32,000 bases of DNA from Pseudodesulfovibrio mercurii (GCF_000189295.2 NC_016803.1:3540001-3572000); one strand, 5' to 3'. Shown: positions 18,787 through 26,648, counted from the stretch's first letter. Notes: generated from the sequence alone by a model not told the origin. Numbers and translations: made by a program.

Positions 18787-18830
18787 CCACCGGCCGATCC
18801 TTGCACAAGCCTGGGAAGAGCCTCCGGGGG

Positions 18831-18922
18831 CCGGGGGAAGGGAAGAGGGGCACCCTTTGAAAAGGGTTCTTTCCTCCCCTTCCCCCGGACCCCCATCCCC
18901 TTCTATTCCCAAACTTTTTATG
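18831..18922 (+). repeat. intergenic repeat module B: 58-nt imperfect purine-arm/pyrimidine-arm palindrome plus CCCAAACTTTTTAT tail
   Basis: Palindrome CCGGGGGAAGGGAAGAGGGGCACCCTTTgaAAAGGGTTCTTTCCTCCCCTTCCCCCGG spans 18831-18888. The outer 12 bp and inner 7 bp pair perfectly. The tail ...CTTCTATTCCCAAACTTTTTAT runs to about 18921. Confidence 0.75.
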
Positions 18923-18943
18923 GCCGCTTCGCGGGTTCATCCG

Positions 18944-18981
18944 CAACAAAAGGCCCCCGACTCATACCCGAGTCGGGGGCC
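18944..18981 (-). terminator. intrinsic terminator downstream of rho
   Basis: Minus strand reads GGCCCCCGACTC-gggtat-GAGTCGGGGGCC followed by TTTTGTTG. It has a 12-bp GC-rich stem (18952-18963 / 18970-18981). Confidence 0.75.
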
Positions 18982-19180
18982 ATTTCTTCATTTCTTTGGA
19001 GCGATTCGGGTGGCGCAGCCACCCGACAGCGGCTCTCCGCGCTGGCACTAGGCTTTCGAGAGTGGGTCAGCTGTGCATTTTCTTCCGGCCGCGACAACCG
19101 CAGCGTAGCCGCCTACGTGAGGATTGGCGCGGGCGGAAAAAATGTGCAGATGGCCCGCTATCGGAAGCCGCCTCCCGTCC

Positions 19181-20545
19181 CTATTTACTCATCGAATCAA
19201 GGAACTCACGGTTGTTTTTGGTGCCCTTCATCTTGCCGCGCAGGAATTCCATGGAATCTATGGAGTTCATGGGGGAGAGGAGCTTGCGCAGGATCCACAC
19301 GCGGTTGAGGACCTCCTCTTCCAGGAGCAGCTCTTCCTTGCGGGTGCCGGAACGGTTGATGTCGATGGCCGGGTAGATGCGCTTGTCGGACAGATGGCGG
19401 TCCAGGTAGATTTCCATGTTGCCCGTGCCCTTGAACTCCTCGAAGATGACCTCGTCCATGCGCGAGCCGGTGTCGATGAGCGCGGTGGAGATGATGGTCA
19501 GGGAGCCGCCTTCCTCGATGTTGCGGGCCGCGCCGAAGAAGCGCTTGGGCCGCTGCAGGGCATTGGCGTCGATACCGCCGGACAGCACGCGTCCCGAGGA
19601 CGGGGTCACGGCGTTGTAGGCCCGGCCGAGCCGGGTGATGGAGTCGAGCAGGATGACCACGTCGCGCTTGCGCTCCACCAGTCGCTTGGCCTTCTCGATG
19701 ACCATTTCGGCCACCTGCACGTGCCGGGTCGGCGGCTCGTCGAAGGTGGAGGAGACCACCTCGGCGTGGACCGTGCGCTGCATGTCGGTCACTTCCTCGG
19801 GCCGCTCGTCGATGAGCAGGACGATGAGGTCCACCTCGGGGTGGTTGGCGTTGATGGAGTTGGCGATGGTCTGGAGCATGATGGTCTTGCCGGTGCGGGG
19901 CGGGGCCACGATCACGCCGCGCTGGCCCTTGCCGATGGGCGCGAGCAGGTCGATGATCCGGGCGGAGTAGTTGGTCGCGCCGTTTTCGAGCCTGAGCTGC
20001 TCCTCGGGGTAGAGCGGGGTGAGGTTGTCGAACAGGACCAGGTTTTTGGAGTGCTGCGGGTCCTCGAAGCCGATCTCGGACACGCGCAACAGGGCGAAAT
20101 ACCGTTCCCCTTCCTTGGGCGGGCGGATCTGGCCCGAGACCACGTCGCCCTTGCGCAGGCCGAAGCGGCGGATCTGGGACGGGGAGACGTAAATGTCGTC
20201 GGGGCCGGCCATGTAGCTGTACATGGGCGAGCGCAGGAAACCGAAGCCGTCGGGCAGGATCTCAAGGACGCCCTCGCCGAAGATCTGGCCGTTCTGGGAG
20301 GCGCACTGCTGGAGCAGGGCGAAGATGAGTTCCTGCTTGCGCATGGTGGAGGGGTTCTCCACCTCGAAGGACATGGCAAGATCGGTCAGATCCTGCATGG
20401 ATTTTTGCTTGAGTTCGGTGAGGTTCAGGCTGCCGCCGTTGCCGTTGGCATCGGGTTGCTCGTCCGGCTTGACGGCCTTTTTACGAGTGGTTTTTTTGGC
20501 GGTGCCTTTGCCTTTGCTTTCTGGATCAGCTTTTTTGGTGGCCAT
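19181..20545 (-). CDS. rho: transcription termination factor Rho, with a basic N-terminal extension of about 39 aa
   Basis: Track ORF of 454 aa. After [39 protein letters not shown], the sequence [14 protein letters not shown] aligns with E. coli MNLTELKNTPVSEL. Walker A APPRTGKT. Strong Rho conservation to the C-terminus. Confidence 0.95.
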   Translation of the reverse strand: MATKKADPESKGKGTAKKTTRKKAVKPDEQPDANGNGGSLNLTELKQKSMQDLTDLAMSFEVENPSTMRKQELIFALLQQCASQNGQIFGEGVLEILPDGFGFLRSPMYSYMAGPDDIYVSPSQIRRFGLRKGDVVSGQIRPPKEGERYFALLRVSEIGFEDPQHSKNLVLFDNLTPLYPEEQLRLENGATNYSARIIDLLAPIGKGQRGVIVAPPRTGKTIMLQTIANSINANHPEVDLIVLLIDERPEEVTDMQRTVHAEVVSSTFDEPPTRHVQVAEMVIEKAKRLVERKRDVVILLDSITRLGRAYNAVTPSSGRVLSGGIDANALQRPKRFFGAARNIEEGGSLTIISTALIDTGSRMDEVIFEEFKGTGNMEIYLDRHLSDKRIYPAIDINRSGTRKEELLLEEEVLNRVWILRKLLSPMNSIDSMEFLRGKMKGTKNNREFLDSMSK

Positions 20546-20764
20546 GTTGGGAAATTCTTGTTGAGGTTTTGGGAATTATGTCAAATCTGACCAAGAGATA
20601 CGATAGCGATGGGGCGGCGCGGGGGCCGCGGGGGGCGTCGGACTCGGGATGTCGCGGATGAACCTTTCCGGCCGGACGGTTCGGGTGTGAGGGGACGGGA
20701 GCATACCTCTCGTTGAAGTTGCGCTGACAGCCTCGGGACGTCTCAAAAACCAAGTGGGAGTGGG

Positions 20765-20792
20765 ATAATCTGAATGCCGCGGTGCGGCACAA
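20765..20792 (-). promoter_or_regulatory. candidate rho promoter (TTGTGC-16 nt-GATTAT), which would give a leader of about 210 nt
   Basis: Minus-strand reading: -35 at 20792-20787 and -10 at 20770-20765. Motif match only. Confidence 0.3.
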
Positions 20793-20832
20793 CGAGGCAG
20801 TTACCTGAAACCAGGGGCCTTGACAAGCCCTG

Positions 20833-21348
20833 CTAGTCGTTTTTCTCCTGCGCGGCGATAACGTCGGCGAACATCTCGTTGATGTCCCCCTTGATCTCCT
20901 CCTGGCTGCGGTCCAGCGAGTAGGCCAGCTCCATGGAGACCAGCCCCATGGCCTGCTCCAGCAGGCGGCGCTCGCCGAAGGACAGTTCCTTGTCCTTGCC
21001 GATGAGGAAGAGTTCCTTGAGCACGTAGGCCACGTCGGCCAGGTCGCCGCTCTTGAGCTTCTCGGAATACTCGCGGTAGCGCCGGTTCCAGTTCTGGCCG
21101 GTGTAGCCGGTGAATCCGGTGCGGTCCTTGAGGGATTCGAAGATGGCCTGGCCCACGTCGGCCGGGCACACGGAGCGCAGGCCCACGTTCACGGCGTTGG
21201 CCACGGGAACCATGAGGGTCACGTTGTTGCTCAAGATGCGGACTATGTAAAAATCGGCCTTGACGCCGCCGATCTCCTGGGACTCGACACGCTCCACGCG
21301 CCCCACGCCCTGGGAGGGATACACAACCAATTCATCGACCTTGAACAC
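20833..21348 (-). CDS. carD: CarD/CdnL-family RNA-polymerase-binding transcriptional regulator
   Basis: Track ORF of 171 aa: MFKVDELVVYPSQGVGRVERVESQEIGGVKADFYIVRI.... This is the CarD N-terminal Tudor-like motif. GTG start at 21348-21346 with a GAGGT Shine-Dalgarno. Confidence 0.92.
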   Translation of the reverse strand: MFKVDELVVYPSQGVGRVERVESQEIGGVKADFYIVRILSNNVTLMVPVANAVNVGLRSVCPADVGQAIFESLKDRTGFTGYTGQNWNRRYREYSEKLKSGDLADVAYVLKELFLIGKDKELSFGERRLLEQAMGLVSMELAYSLDRSQEEIKGDINEMFADVIAAQEKND

Positions 21349-21398
21349 GGGGACCTCAGTTCTTGAAAAGACTACATTTTTGCATGCGACAGAAAGAC

Positions 21399-21427
21399 AT
21401 TATATCTAAAAGGACGGGAAGAGTCCA
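21399..21427 (-). promoter_or_regulatory. candidate carD promoter (TGGACT-17 nt-TATAAT)
   Basis: Minus-strand reading: perfect -10 TATAAT at 21404-21399. The -35 TGGACT at 21427-21422 matches 4 of 6 positions. It lies about 50 nt upstream of the GTG start. Confidence 0.45.
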
Positions 21428-21430
21428 CGA

Positions 21431-22048
21431 TTACTCCGATTCTTCTTCCGGGAGGGAAAAGGCGTTGACGTGCTGCTGGGCAAATCCCATGCCGCGCCGG
21501 AAAAAGATGTCCAGTCCCTTGGCCGCGTGCGCGATGATTTCGGGCAGATGCGCGGCGGATTGCGGGTCGAAGGGCTCCAGGACCCAGTCCGGGATGGGCT
21601 TGTACTGGTCGGCGGGCCGACCGATGCCCAGCCGCAGCCGGTGGAAGTCCGGGGTGCCGAGGCGTTCCTGGATGGACTTGAGCCCGTTGTGGCCGTTGTC
21701 GCTGCCGCCCCGCTTGAACTTCATGCGCCCCACGGGCAGATCCAGCTCGTCGTGGACCACCACCAGGTCGCCGGGTTCGATGGCGTGGCGGCCGCAGATG
21801 CGGGCCACGGCCTTGCCGGACAGGTTCATGTAGGTCAGGGGCTTGGCCAGGAGCCGGAAGGCCCCGGCGAACTTGCACTGCCACAGGTCGTAGTCGCCGG
21901 ACTCCTCGATCTTCTCAAGGTGCATGGACTTGCGCTCACCGGCAAGTTGCAGGAGATGGTCCACGAGCATGAACCCGATGTTGTGCCGGGTGTTCGCGTA
22001 TTCGGGACCGGGATTGCCCAGTCCCACTATGGCGCCTTTGAAATCCAT
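21431..22048 (-). CDS. pth: peptidyl-tRNA hydrolase
   Basis: Track ORF of 205 aa: MDFKGAIVGLGNPGPEYANTRHNIGFMLVD.... Canonical Pth N-terminus, and GGSDNGHNGLKSI. Confidence 0.95.
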   Translation of the reverse strand: MDFKGAIVGLGNPGPEYANTRHNIGFMLVDHLLQLAGERKSMHLEKIEESGDYDLWQCKFAGAFRLLAKPLTYMNLSGKAVARICGRHAIEPGDLVVVHDELDLPVGRMKFKRGGSDNGHNGLKSIQERLGTPDFHRLRLGIGRPADQYKPIPDWVLEPFDPQSAAHLPEIIAHAAKGLDIFFRRGMGFAQQHVNAFSLPEEESE

Positions 22049-22117
22049 GAGTCGGGTCCGTTCTCCGCGCGGCGGTTCGCCGCGAAAGGCAATGTATCAG
22101 GCTCTTCGCCGGGAAGC

Positions 22118-22154
22118 AAAAAAAATCCCGGAGCACGACATCGCGCTCCGGGAT
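22118..22154 (-). terminator. intrinsic terminator after rplY
   Basis: Minus strand reads ATCCCGGAGC-gcgatgtcgt-GCTCCGGGAT followed by TTTTTTTG. Stem at 22125-22134 / 22145-22154. Confidence 0.8.
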
Positions 22155-22179
22155 GTGGTGACTTGGTGATTGCGCGGGG

Positions 22180-22800
22180 TTATTCGGCCGCGGCTTCGGG
22201 AGCGGCGGTTTCACCTTCTTCGCCTTCGCCCTCTTCCTGCATCGCGGCGATGGACAGGATGGCGAAGTTCTCTTCGAAGACCGGGGTGACGCCTTCGGGG
22301 AAGGTCACGTCCTCAATGTGGACATGGTCCATGACATCCAGGTCGGTGATGTCGATGACGATGGCCTCGGGGATGTCCATGGGCTTGCAGATGACCTCGA
22401 TGTGCTCGCGGTACTGCTCCATCACGCCGCCGAGCTTGACGCCCTTGGAGTTGCCGACGATCTCGAACGGGACGGCGACCTTGATTTCCTTGGTCAGGTC
22501 CACGCCGAAGAAGTCCACGTGCTCGGGCACGCCCTTGACCGGCTCGTTGCGCACGCGCCACAGCAGGGCGGGCATGGTCTCGGTCTTGCCGCCGCGCTCC
22601 AGGACCAGTTCGAAGACCTGGGAGTTGCCCACGGCCGCGTAGGTCTTCTGGAGGGGGACCATCTGCACCTTGACCGGGATGTTGGCGCCCTTGGCGTCGT
22701 AGTAGATGCCCGGGACCATGCCGGAGGCACGGAGGCGGCGGTTGGGGCCCTTGCCCATCTCGGACCGTTCCTGAACGTTCAGTTTCAGCAGATCTGCCAT
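22180..22800 (-). CDS. rplY: 50S ribosomal protein L25 / general stress protein Ctc (long form)
   Basis: Track ORF of 206 aa: ...ERSEMGKGPNRRLRASGMVPGIYYDAKGANIPV...VPEHVDFFGVDL.... Acidic C-terminal tail. AAGGAG Shine-Dalgarno. It sits in the conserved prs-rplY-pth gene order. Confidence 0.93.
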   Translation of the reverse strand: MADLLKLNVQERSEMGKGPNRRLRASGMVPGIYYDAKGANIPVKVQMVPLQKTYAAVGNSQVFELVLERGGKTETMPALLWRVRNEPVKGVPEHVDFFGVDLTKEIKVAVPFEIVGNSKGVKLGGVMEQYREHIEVICKPMDIPEAIVIDITDLDVMDHVHIEDVTFPEGVTPVFEENFAILSIAAMQEEGEGEEGETAAPEAAAE

Positions 22801-22895
22801 GATAGTTTCTCCTTGTTACGCCCTGGCCGTCCACCATGGACGGACGCTCGCGCTTTAAATGGTTCGGGGCCTTGCGGCCCGTTTACACGAAATTT

Positions 22896-23834
22896 CTACG
22901 TGAACAGCACGGAAACCGAGGATTCCGTGTGCACGTTGTTGATCGCCTTGGCCAGCAGCGAGGCCACGGAGCGGACCTTGAGCTTGCTGCACAGGTTCTG
23001 CTTGTCGCCCAGCGGGATGGTGTCGGTGACGACCACCTCGGAGAAGGCGGACTCCTCCAGGCGCTGGCAGGCCGGGCCGGACAGGACCGGATGGGTGGCG
23101 CAGGCGAGCACGTCCTTGGCACCGTTCTCCATGATCACGTTGGCCGCCGCGCACATGGTGCCCGCGGTGTCGATCATGTCGTCGATGACCACGGCCACCT
23201 TGCCCTCGACGTCGCCGATGATGTGCATGGCCTTGGCCTGGTTGGGCGCGTCGCGGCGCTTGTCCACGATGGCCAGGGTGGCGCCCAGCCGTTTGGCGTA
23301 GGCCCTGGCGCGTTCCACGCCGCCCGCGTCCGGGGAGATGATGACGAAGTCGTCGTCCCGGTCGCGCAGGGACTCGATGAGCACGGGCGCGGCGAAGAGG
23401 TTGTCCACGGGCACGTTGAAGAAGCCCTGGATCTGCCCGGCGTGCAGGTCGATGGTCACCAGCCGCTGCATGCCCGCGGTGGACAGCAGGTCGGCCACGA
23501 GCTTGGCGGAGATGGGCGCGCGGGGCACGACCTTGCGGTCCTGGCGCGCGTAGCCGAAATAGGGGACCACGGCGGTCACGCGGGAGGCGGAGGCGCGCTT
23601 GAGCGCGTCGAGCATCAGGCACAACTCCATGAGGTGGAAGTTGACCGGGGAACAGGTGGGCTGGACCACGAAGACGTCGTCGCCCCGGACGTTCTCACCG
23701 ATCTCGATGCGGATTTCGCCGTCGGAAAAGCGCTCGCGCAGGACCGGCGACGCTTTGGTGCCGAGGTGCTCGCAAATGGCGTCGGCCAGTTTCGGACTTG
23801 CGGACCCGCTGATGATTTTCAGTTCACCGTGCAT
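22896..23834 (-). CDS. prs: ribose-phosphate pyrophosphokinase
   Basis: Track ORF 22896..23984, trimmed to ATG 23834 ([25 protein letters not shown]...). Contains [13 protein letters not shown] and [12 protein letters not shown]. The upstream extension of the track ORF overlaps the tRNA. Confidence 0.95.
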   Translation of the reverse strand: MHGELKIISGSASPKLADAICEHLGTKASPVLRERFSDGEIRIEIGENVRGDDVFVVQPTCSPVNFHLMELCLMLDALKRASASRVTAVVPYFGYARQDRKVVPRAPISAKLVADLLSTAGMQRLVTIDLHAGQIQGFFNVPVDNLFAAPVLIESLRDRDDDFVIISPDAGGVERARAYAKRLGATLAIVDKRRDAPNQAKAMHIIGDVEGKVAVVIDDMIDTAGTMCAAANVIMENGAKDVLACATHPVLSGPACQRLEESAFSEVVVTDTIPLGDKQNLCSKLKVRSVASLLAKAINNVHTESSVSVLFT

Positions 23835-23865
23835 GACTACCCTCTGTGCAATCGTGGTTAAATTC

Positions 23866-23940
23866 TGGCTGGGGCGGGAGGATTCGAACCCCCGAATGTC
23901 AGGACCAAAACCTGATGTCTTACCGCTTGACGACGCCCCA
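23866..23940 (-). tRNA. tRNA-Gln (anticodon UUG), 75 nt, CCA encoded
   Basis: Minus strand reads TGGGGCG TC GTC AAGCGGTAA GAC A TCAGG TTTTGGT CCTGA CATTC GGGGG TTCGAAT CCTCC CGCCCCA G CCA. It folds as a cloverleaf by hand and is close to E. coli tRNA-Gln. Confidence 0.9.
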
Positions 23941-24069
23941 GCAAAAAATGTCGATAAGCGGCCGATCACTGCGTTGCTGCGCAAAATCCGGACCCTTGCA
24001 TATTACGACACGCGGCGGTCCCGAATTTTGTTTGCGCCTTGCGCTCGACCACTTCTCGACATTTTTTGC
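23941..24069. repeat. repeat unit 1: 129-bp element with 25-bp terminal inverted repeats, abutting the 5' end of tRNA-Gln
   Basis: Left end is GCAAAAAATGTCGATAAGCGGCCGA (23941-23965). The reverse complement of 24045-24069 is GCAAAAAATGTCGAGAAGTGGTCGA, matching at 22 of 25 positions. Confidence 0.7.
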
Positions 24070-24110
24070 CCTGCTCCCTGTCTGGAGCCTGCCGTCGTCG
24101 GCTCGGGGCT

Positions 24111-24209
24111 GTCGATAAGCGGCCGGTTTTCGCAATGCAAAATCCGGACCCATGCGTATTGCCATACGCGTCGGTCGCGAATTTCGCTGCGCCCGCTTCG
24201 ACCATCGAC
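24111..24209. repeat. repeat unit 2: diverged direct copy of unit 1 (offset 161 bp) with its own inverted termini
   Basis: Shares identical blocks GTCGATAAGCGGCCG (24111-24125 vs 23950-23964) and GCAAAATCCGGACCC (24137-24151 vs 23981-23995). It also shares a similar TGCrTATT..AyACGCGkCGGTCsCGAATTT core. The right end, reverse-complemented, is GTCGATGGTCGAAGCGGGCG. Central hairpin GCGTATtgccATACGC. Confidence 0.65.
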
Positions 24210-24308
24210 TTGCATCCCTTTCGGGGCGTCGCGTTCGGGTGGTGTCCCCGGCACGGTGGCGGGGGCGGCGACGTCGGTCTGGTCCGGCCCTTATCCGGTT
24301 TCGTGCCC

Positions 24309-25175
24309 CTAGGGGCAGTCCACCTGAAAAATTTCAATCCCCTGTTTTTCGAGAGCCCGGACTGCGGACGTGGCAGAACCCCTGTCCCGATATATGCCGA
24401 ACAGGGAGGCTCCCGAGCCGCTCATGGCGGCGTGTTCGGCCCCGTGGGCGAGGAGTGTTTGCTTGATATCCCTCAGGGATGGGTACTCCTCGAAGACGAC
24501 CGGCTCGAAGTCGTTCGTCATCTCCCGGGGCGAAACGGGAGAAGGATTCTTAGTACCCCCCCCTGCGGATGTCAAGGATTCATGGATATTGGGCGCGTCG
24601 CATTTTTCGTCCCAGGCGCGGAAGGCCCAGGCCGTGTCCACGTGAATGGCCGGGCAGGCCAGGATCAGGGTGGCGCCGGACAGGTCCACCTCGGCCGGGG
24701 TCAGGGCCTCGCCGATGCCGCCCGCCCAGGCCGGGCCGTCCAGGAGGAAGAAGGGCACGTCCGCGCCGAGCCCGGCGGCCAGTTCGATCATGGCCTCAAG
24801 GGGCAGCGCCCTGTCGCCCGCCTCCCGGTTGAGCCACCGGAGCAGGGCGGCCGCGTCCGAGCTGCCGCCGCCCAGGCCGCCGCCCATGGGGATGCGCTTG
24901 GTCAGGGTGACGAAGATGCCGGGCTGGAATCCCGTGGCCGCGCCGAAGGCCTTCCATGCCTTGTAAAGGATATTGGACGTGGTCTCCAGCTCCGGGCGTC
25001 CGGGGCAGCGGATGTAGAAGTCGTCGTCCGGGCCGGGCAGGACCTCGATGACGTCGCAGGGCGCGGACACCGGGTAGAAGAGGGTGCGCAGCTCGTGGTA
25101 GCCGTCGTCCCGCAGGCCGAGGATTTCCAGGTGCAGGTTGATCTTGGCCGGGGCGATGAGGGTGTCTGCTTCCAT
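24309..25175 (-). CDS. ispE: 4-(cytidine 5'-diphospho)-2-C-methyl-D-erythritol kinase
   Basis: Track ORF of 288 aa: MEADTLIAPAKINLHLEILGLRDDGYHEL.... GHMP-kinase motif PMGGGLGGGSSDAAA. It sits in the conserved ispE-tRNA-Gln-prs order. Confidence 0.93.
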   Translation of the reverse strand: MEADTLIAPAKINLHLEILGLRDDGYHELRTLFYPVSAPCDVIEVLPGPDDDFYIRCPGRPELETTSNILYKAWKAFGAATGFQPGIFVTLTKRIPMGGGLGGGSSDAAALLRWLNREAGDRALPLEAMIELAAGLGADVPFFLLDGPAWAGGIGEALTPAEVDLSGATLILACPAIHVDTAWAFRAWDEKCDAPNIHESLTSAGGGTKNPSPVSPREMTNDFEPVVFEEYPSLRDIKQTLLAHGAEHAAMSGSGASLFGIYRDRGSATSAVRALEKQGIEIFQVDCP

Positions 25176-25181
25176 GGGAGT

Positions 25182-25212
25182 AAAAAAAGGGGGGCTCCCT
25201 GCGGAGCCCCCC
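25182..25212 (-). terminator. intrinsic terminator after htrA/degP
   Basis: Minus strand reads GGGGGGCTCC-gcag-GGAGCCCCCC followed by TTTTTTT. The 10-bp GC stem is at 25189-25198 / 25203-25212. Confidence 0.8.
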
Positions 25213-25226
25213 TGTGGGTTGATGGC

Positions 25227-26648
25227 TTACTTGTTGTCCAGGGGCAGGGCCACGAAGCTGTTGCGGCCCTGGCGCTTGACCAGGAGCATGACCGCGCCGC
25301 GCTTCTCCGCGCTCTTGATTACGTCGTTCAGGTCGGCCACGGAGTTGACGTCCTTCTGGTTGGCCTGGAGGATGACGTCGCCCTGGCGGATGCCTTCCTC
25401 GCCGGCGGGCGTGTTCGGGTCCACGTTGACCACGAGCAGACCCTGGGTCTTGTCCAGACCCAGCGCCTGGGCTTCCTGGTCGGTCAGCGGCTTGAGGGCC
25501 ATGCCGAGCACGGTGGCGGCGGCCGGACCCTGATCCTGCTGGTTCGGGGCCATGGCGGCCAGGGCCTTTTCATTGCGCTGGCCCAGGGTGACGGTGCGGG
25601 TTACCTTTTCGCCGTTGCGCCAGAGCACGAGGTCGGCCTTTTCGCCGGGGGCCAGGCCCGCGATCTTCTTGAGCAGGTCGTTGTTGTCCTCGATCTTCTG
25701 GCCGTTGACCTCGAGGATCACGTCGCCCTGCTTGACGCCGCCCTTGTCGGCCGGAGCGCCCTTGCCCACGGAGGCGACCAGCGCGCCCACGGGTTCGGCC
25801 AGGCCCAGGGCCTTGGCCTGGGTCTCGCTGACCTGCTGGATGGTCACGCCGAGCCAGCCGCGCTGCGGGGCCTTGCCTTCCTTGAGCAGAGCGATGACCT
25901 TGGCGGCCTGGGTGGACGGGATGGCGAAGCCGATGTTCTCGGCGGCCGCGTTGATGGCGGTATTGATGCCGATGACCTCGCCGTCCATATCCAGGAGCGG
26001 GCCGCCGGAGTTGCCGGGGTTGATGGACGCGTCGGTCTGGAGGAAGTTGTCAAAGGGACCGGCGCCGATGATCCGGTGCTTGGCCGAGATGATGCCCGCG
26101 GTGACCGTGTTGTCCAGGCCGAAGGGGTTGCCGATGGCCAGGACCCACTCGCCCACCTGGAGCTTGTCGGAGTCGCCGAACTTCAGGGTCGACAGGGTAT
26201 GGTCGGCCTTGATCTTGATGACCGCCAGGTCGGTTTCCTGGTCGGCGCCCACGACTTCGGCCGGGTATTCCTTCTTGTCGTCCTGGAAGCGCACGGTGAC
26301 CTTGTCCGCGCCGTTGATGACGTGGTTGTTGGTGACGATGAGTCCGTCGGGGGAGATGACGAAGCCGGAGCCCTGGCCGAGCATCTTGCGCGGCTGCTGT
26401 CCCTGCGGACCGAAGAACTGGTCGAACCGCTTGAAGAACTCGTGGAACGGGTGTCCTTCGGGAACCTGCTGCCGGAACTGCTCCATGGACGGGGCCTGGG
26501 CGGTTTTTTCCGTGGAGATGAAGACCACGGCCTTGCCCGCCTTGGCGGCCAGCTCCGTGAACACGGGCAGGTCGCGCGCCTGTGCAATAACCGGCACAGA
26601 CAGCACAAGGGTCAGGACAAGGGTGAGAAGTTTTGCCTTACGATTCAT
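25227..26648 (-). CDS. htrA: periplasmic serine endoprotease, DegP/DegQ/HtrA family (trypsin-like domain plus two PDZ domains)
   Basis: Track ORF 25227..26660. I prefer the second ATG at 26648 (MNRKAKLLTLVLTLVLSVPVIAQA, a signal peptide) because GGAGG lies 5 nt upstream of it. Catalytic motifs TNNHVI, DLAVIKI and GNSGGPLLD. Confidence 0.93.
   Translation of the reverse strand: MNRKAKLLTLVLTLVLSVPVIAQARDLPVFTELAAKAGKAVVFISTEKTAQAPSMEQFRQQVPEGHPFHEFFKRFDQFFGPQGQQPRKMLGQGSGFVISPDGLIVTNNHVINGADKVTVRFQDDKKEYPAEVVGADQETDLAVIKIKADHTLSTLKFGDSDKLQVGEWVLAIGNPFGLDNTVTAGIISAKHRIIGAGPFDNFLQTDASINPGNSGGPLLDMDGEVIGINTAINAAAENIGFAIPSTQAAKVIALLKEGKAPQRGWLGVTIQQVSETQAKALGLAEPVGALVASVGKGAPADKGGVKQGDVILEVNGQKIEDNNDLLKKIAGLAPGEKADLVLWRNGEKVTRTVTLGQRNEKALAAMAPNQQDQGPAAATVLGMALKPLTDQEAQALGLDKTQGLLVVNVDPNTPAGEEGIRQGDVILQANQKDVNSVADLNDVIKSAEKRGAVMLLVKRQGRNSFVALPLDNK

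Noticed and set aside
17301-18912. 519-aa plus-strand and 504-aa minus-strand ORFs over the M48 protease gene, and the N-terminal extension of the 526-aa ORF to 18896
   Set aside because: These are shadow frames. The extension (MGVRGKGRKEPFSKGAPLPFPRPP...) is a translation of the intergenic palindromic repeat, whereas ATG 18752 gives a canonical signal peptide.
19051-19066. Sigma-54-like motif TGGCACtaggcTTTCG on the plus strand
   Set aside because: The -12 element is TC rather than the invariant GC. The plus strand downstream is antisense to rho, with no gene to drive.
20526-20792. 88-aa TTG-initiated minus-strand ORF covering the rho leader and overlapping the rho start
   Set aside because: It has no Shine-Dalgarno, a non-ATG start and Pro/Arg/Ser/His-rich composition. 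It is more simply explained as a chance open frame in a C-rich leader. It is not completely excluded as a leader peptide.
20801-20832. Hairpin CAGGGGCcttgacaaGCCCTG just after the carD stop, considered as a possible terminator
   Set aside because: The stem is short and bulged (6 bp), and only GTTTC follows it on the sense strand. It is too weak to call.
23920-24337. Three overlapping minus-strand ORFs (81-123 aa) between ispE and tRNA-Gln
   Set aside because: They translate the tandem repeat units, and the same peptide fragments recur because the DNA repeats. They overlap the tRNA, have no Shine-Dalgarno, and have implausible composition.
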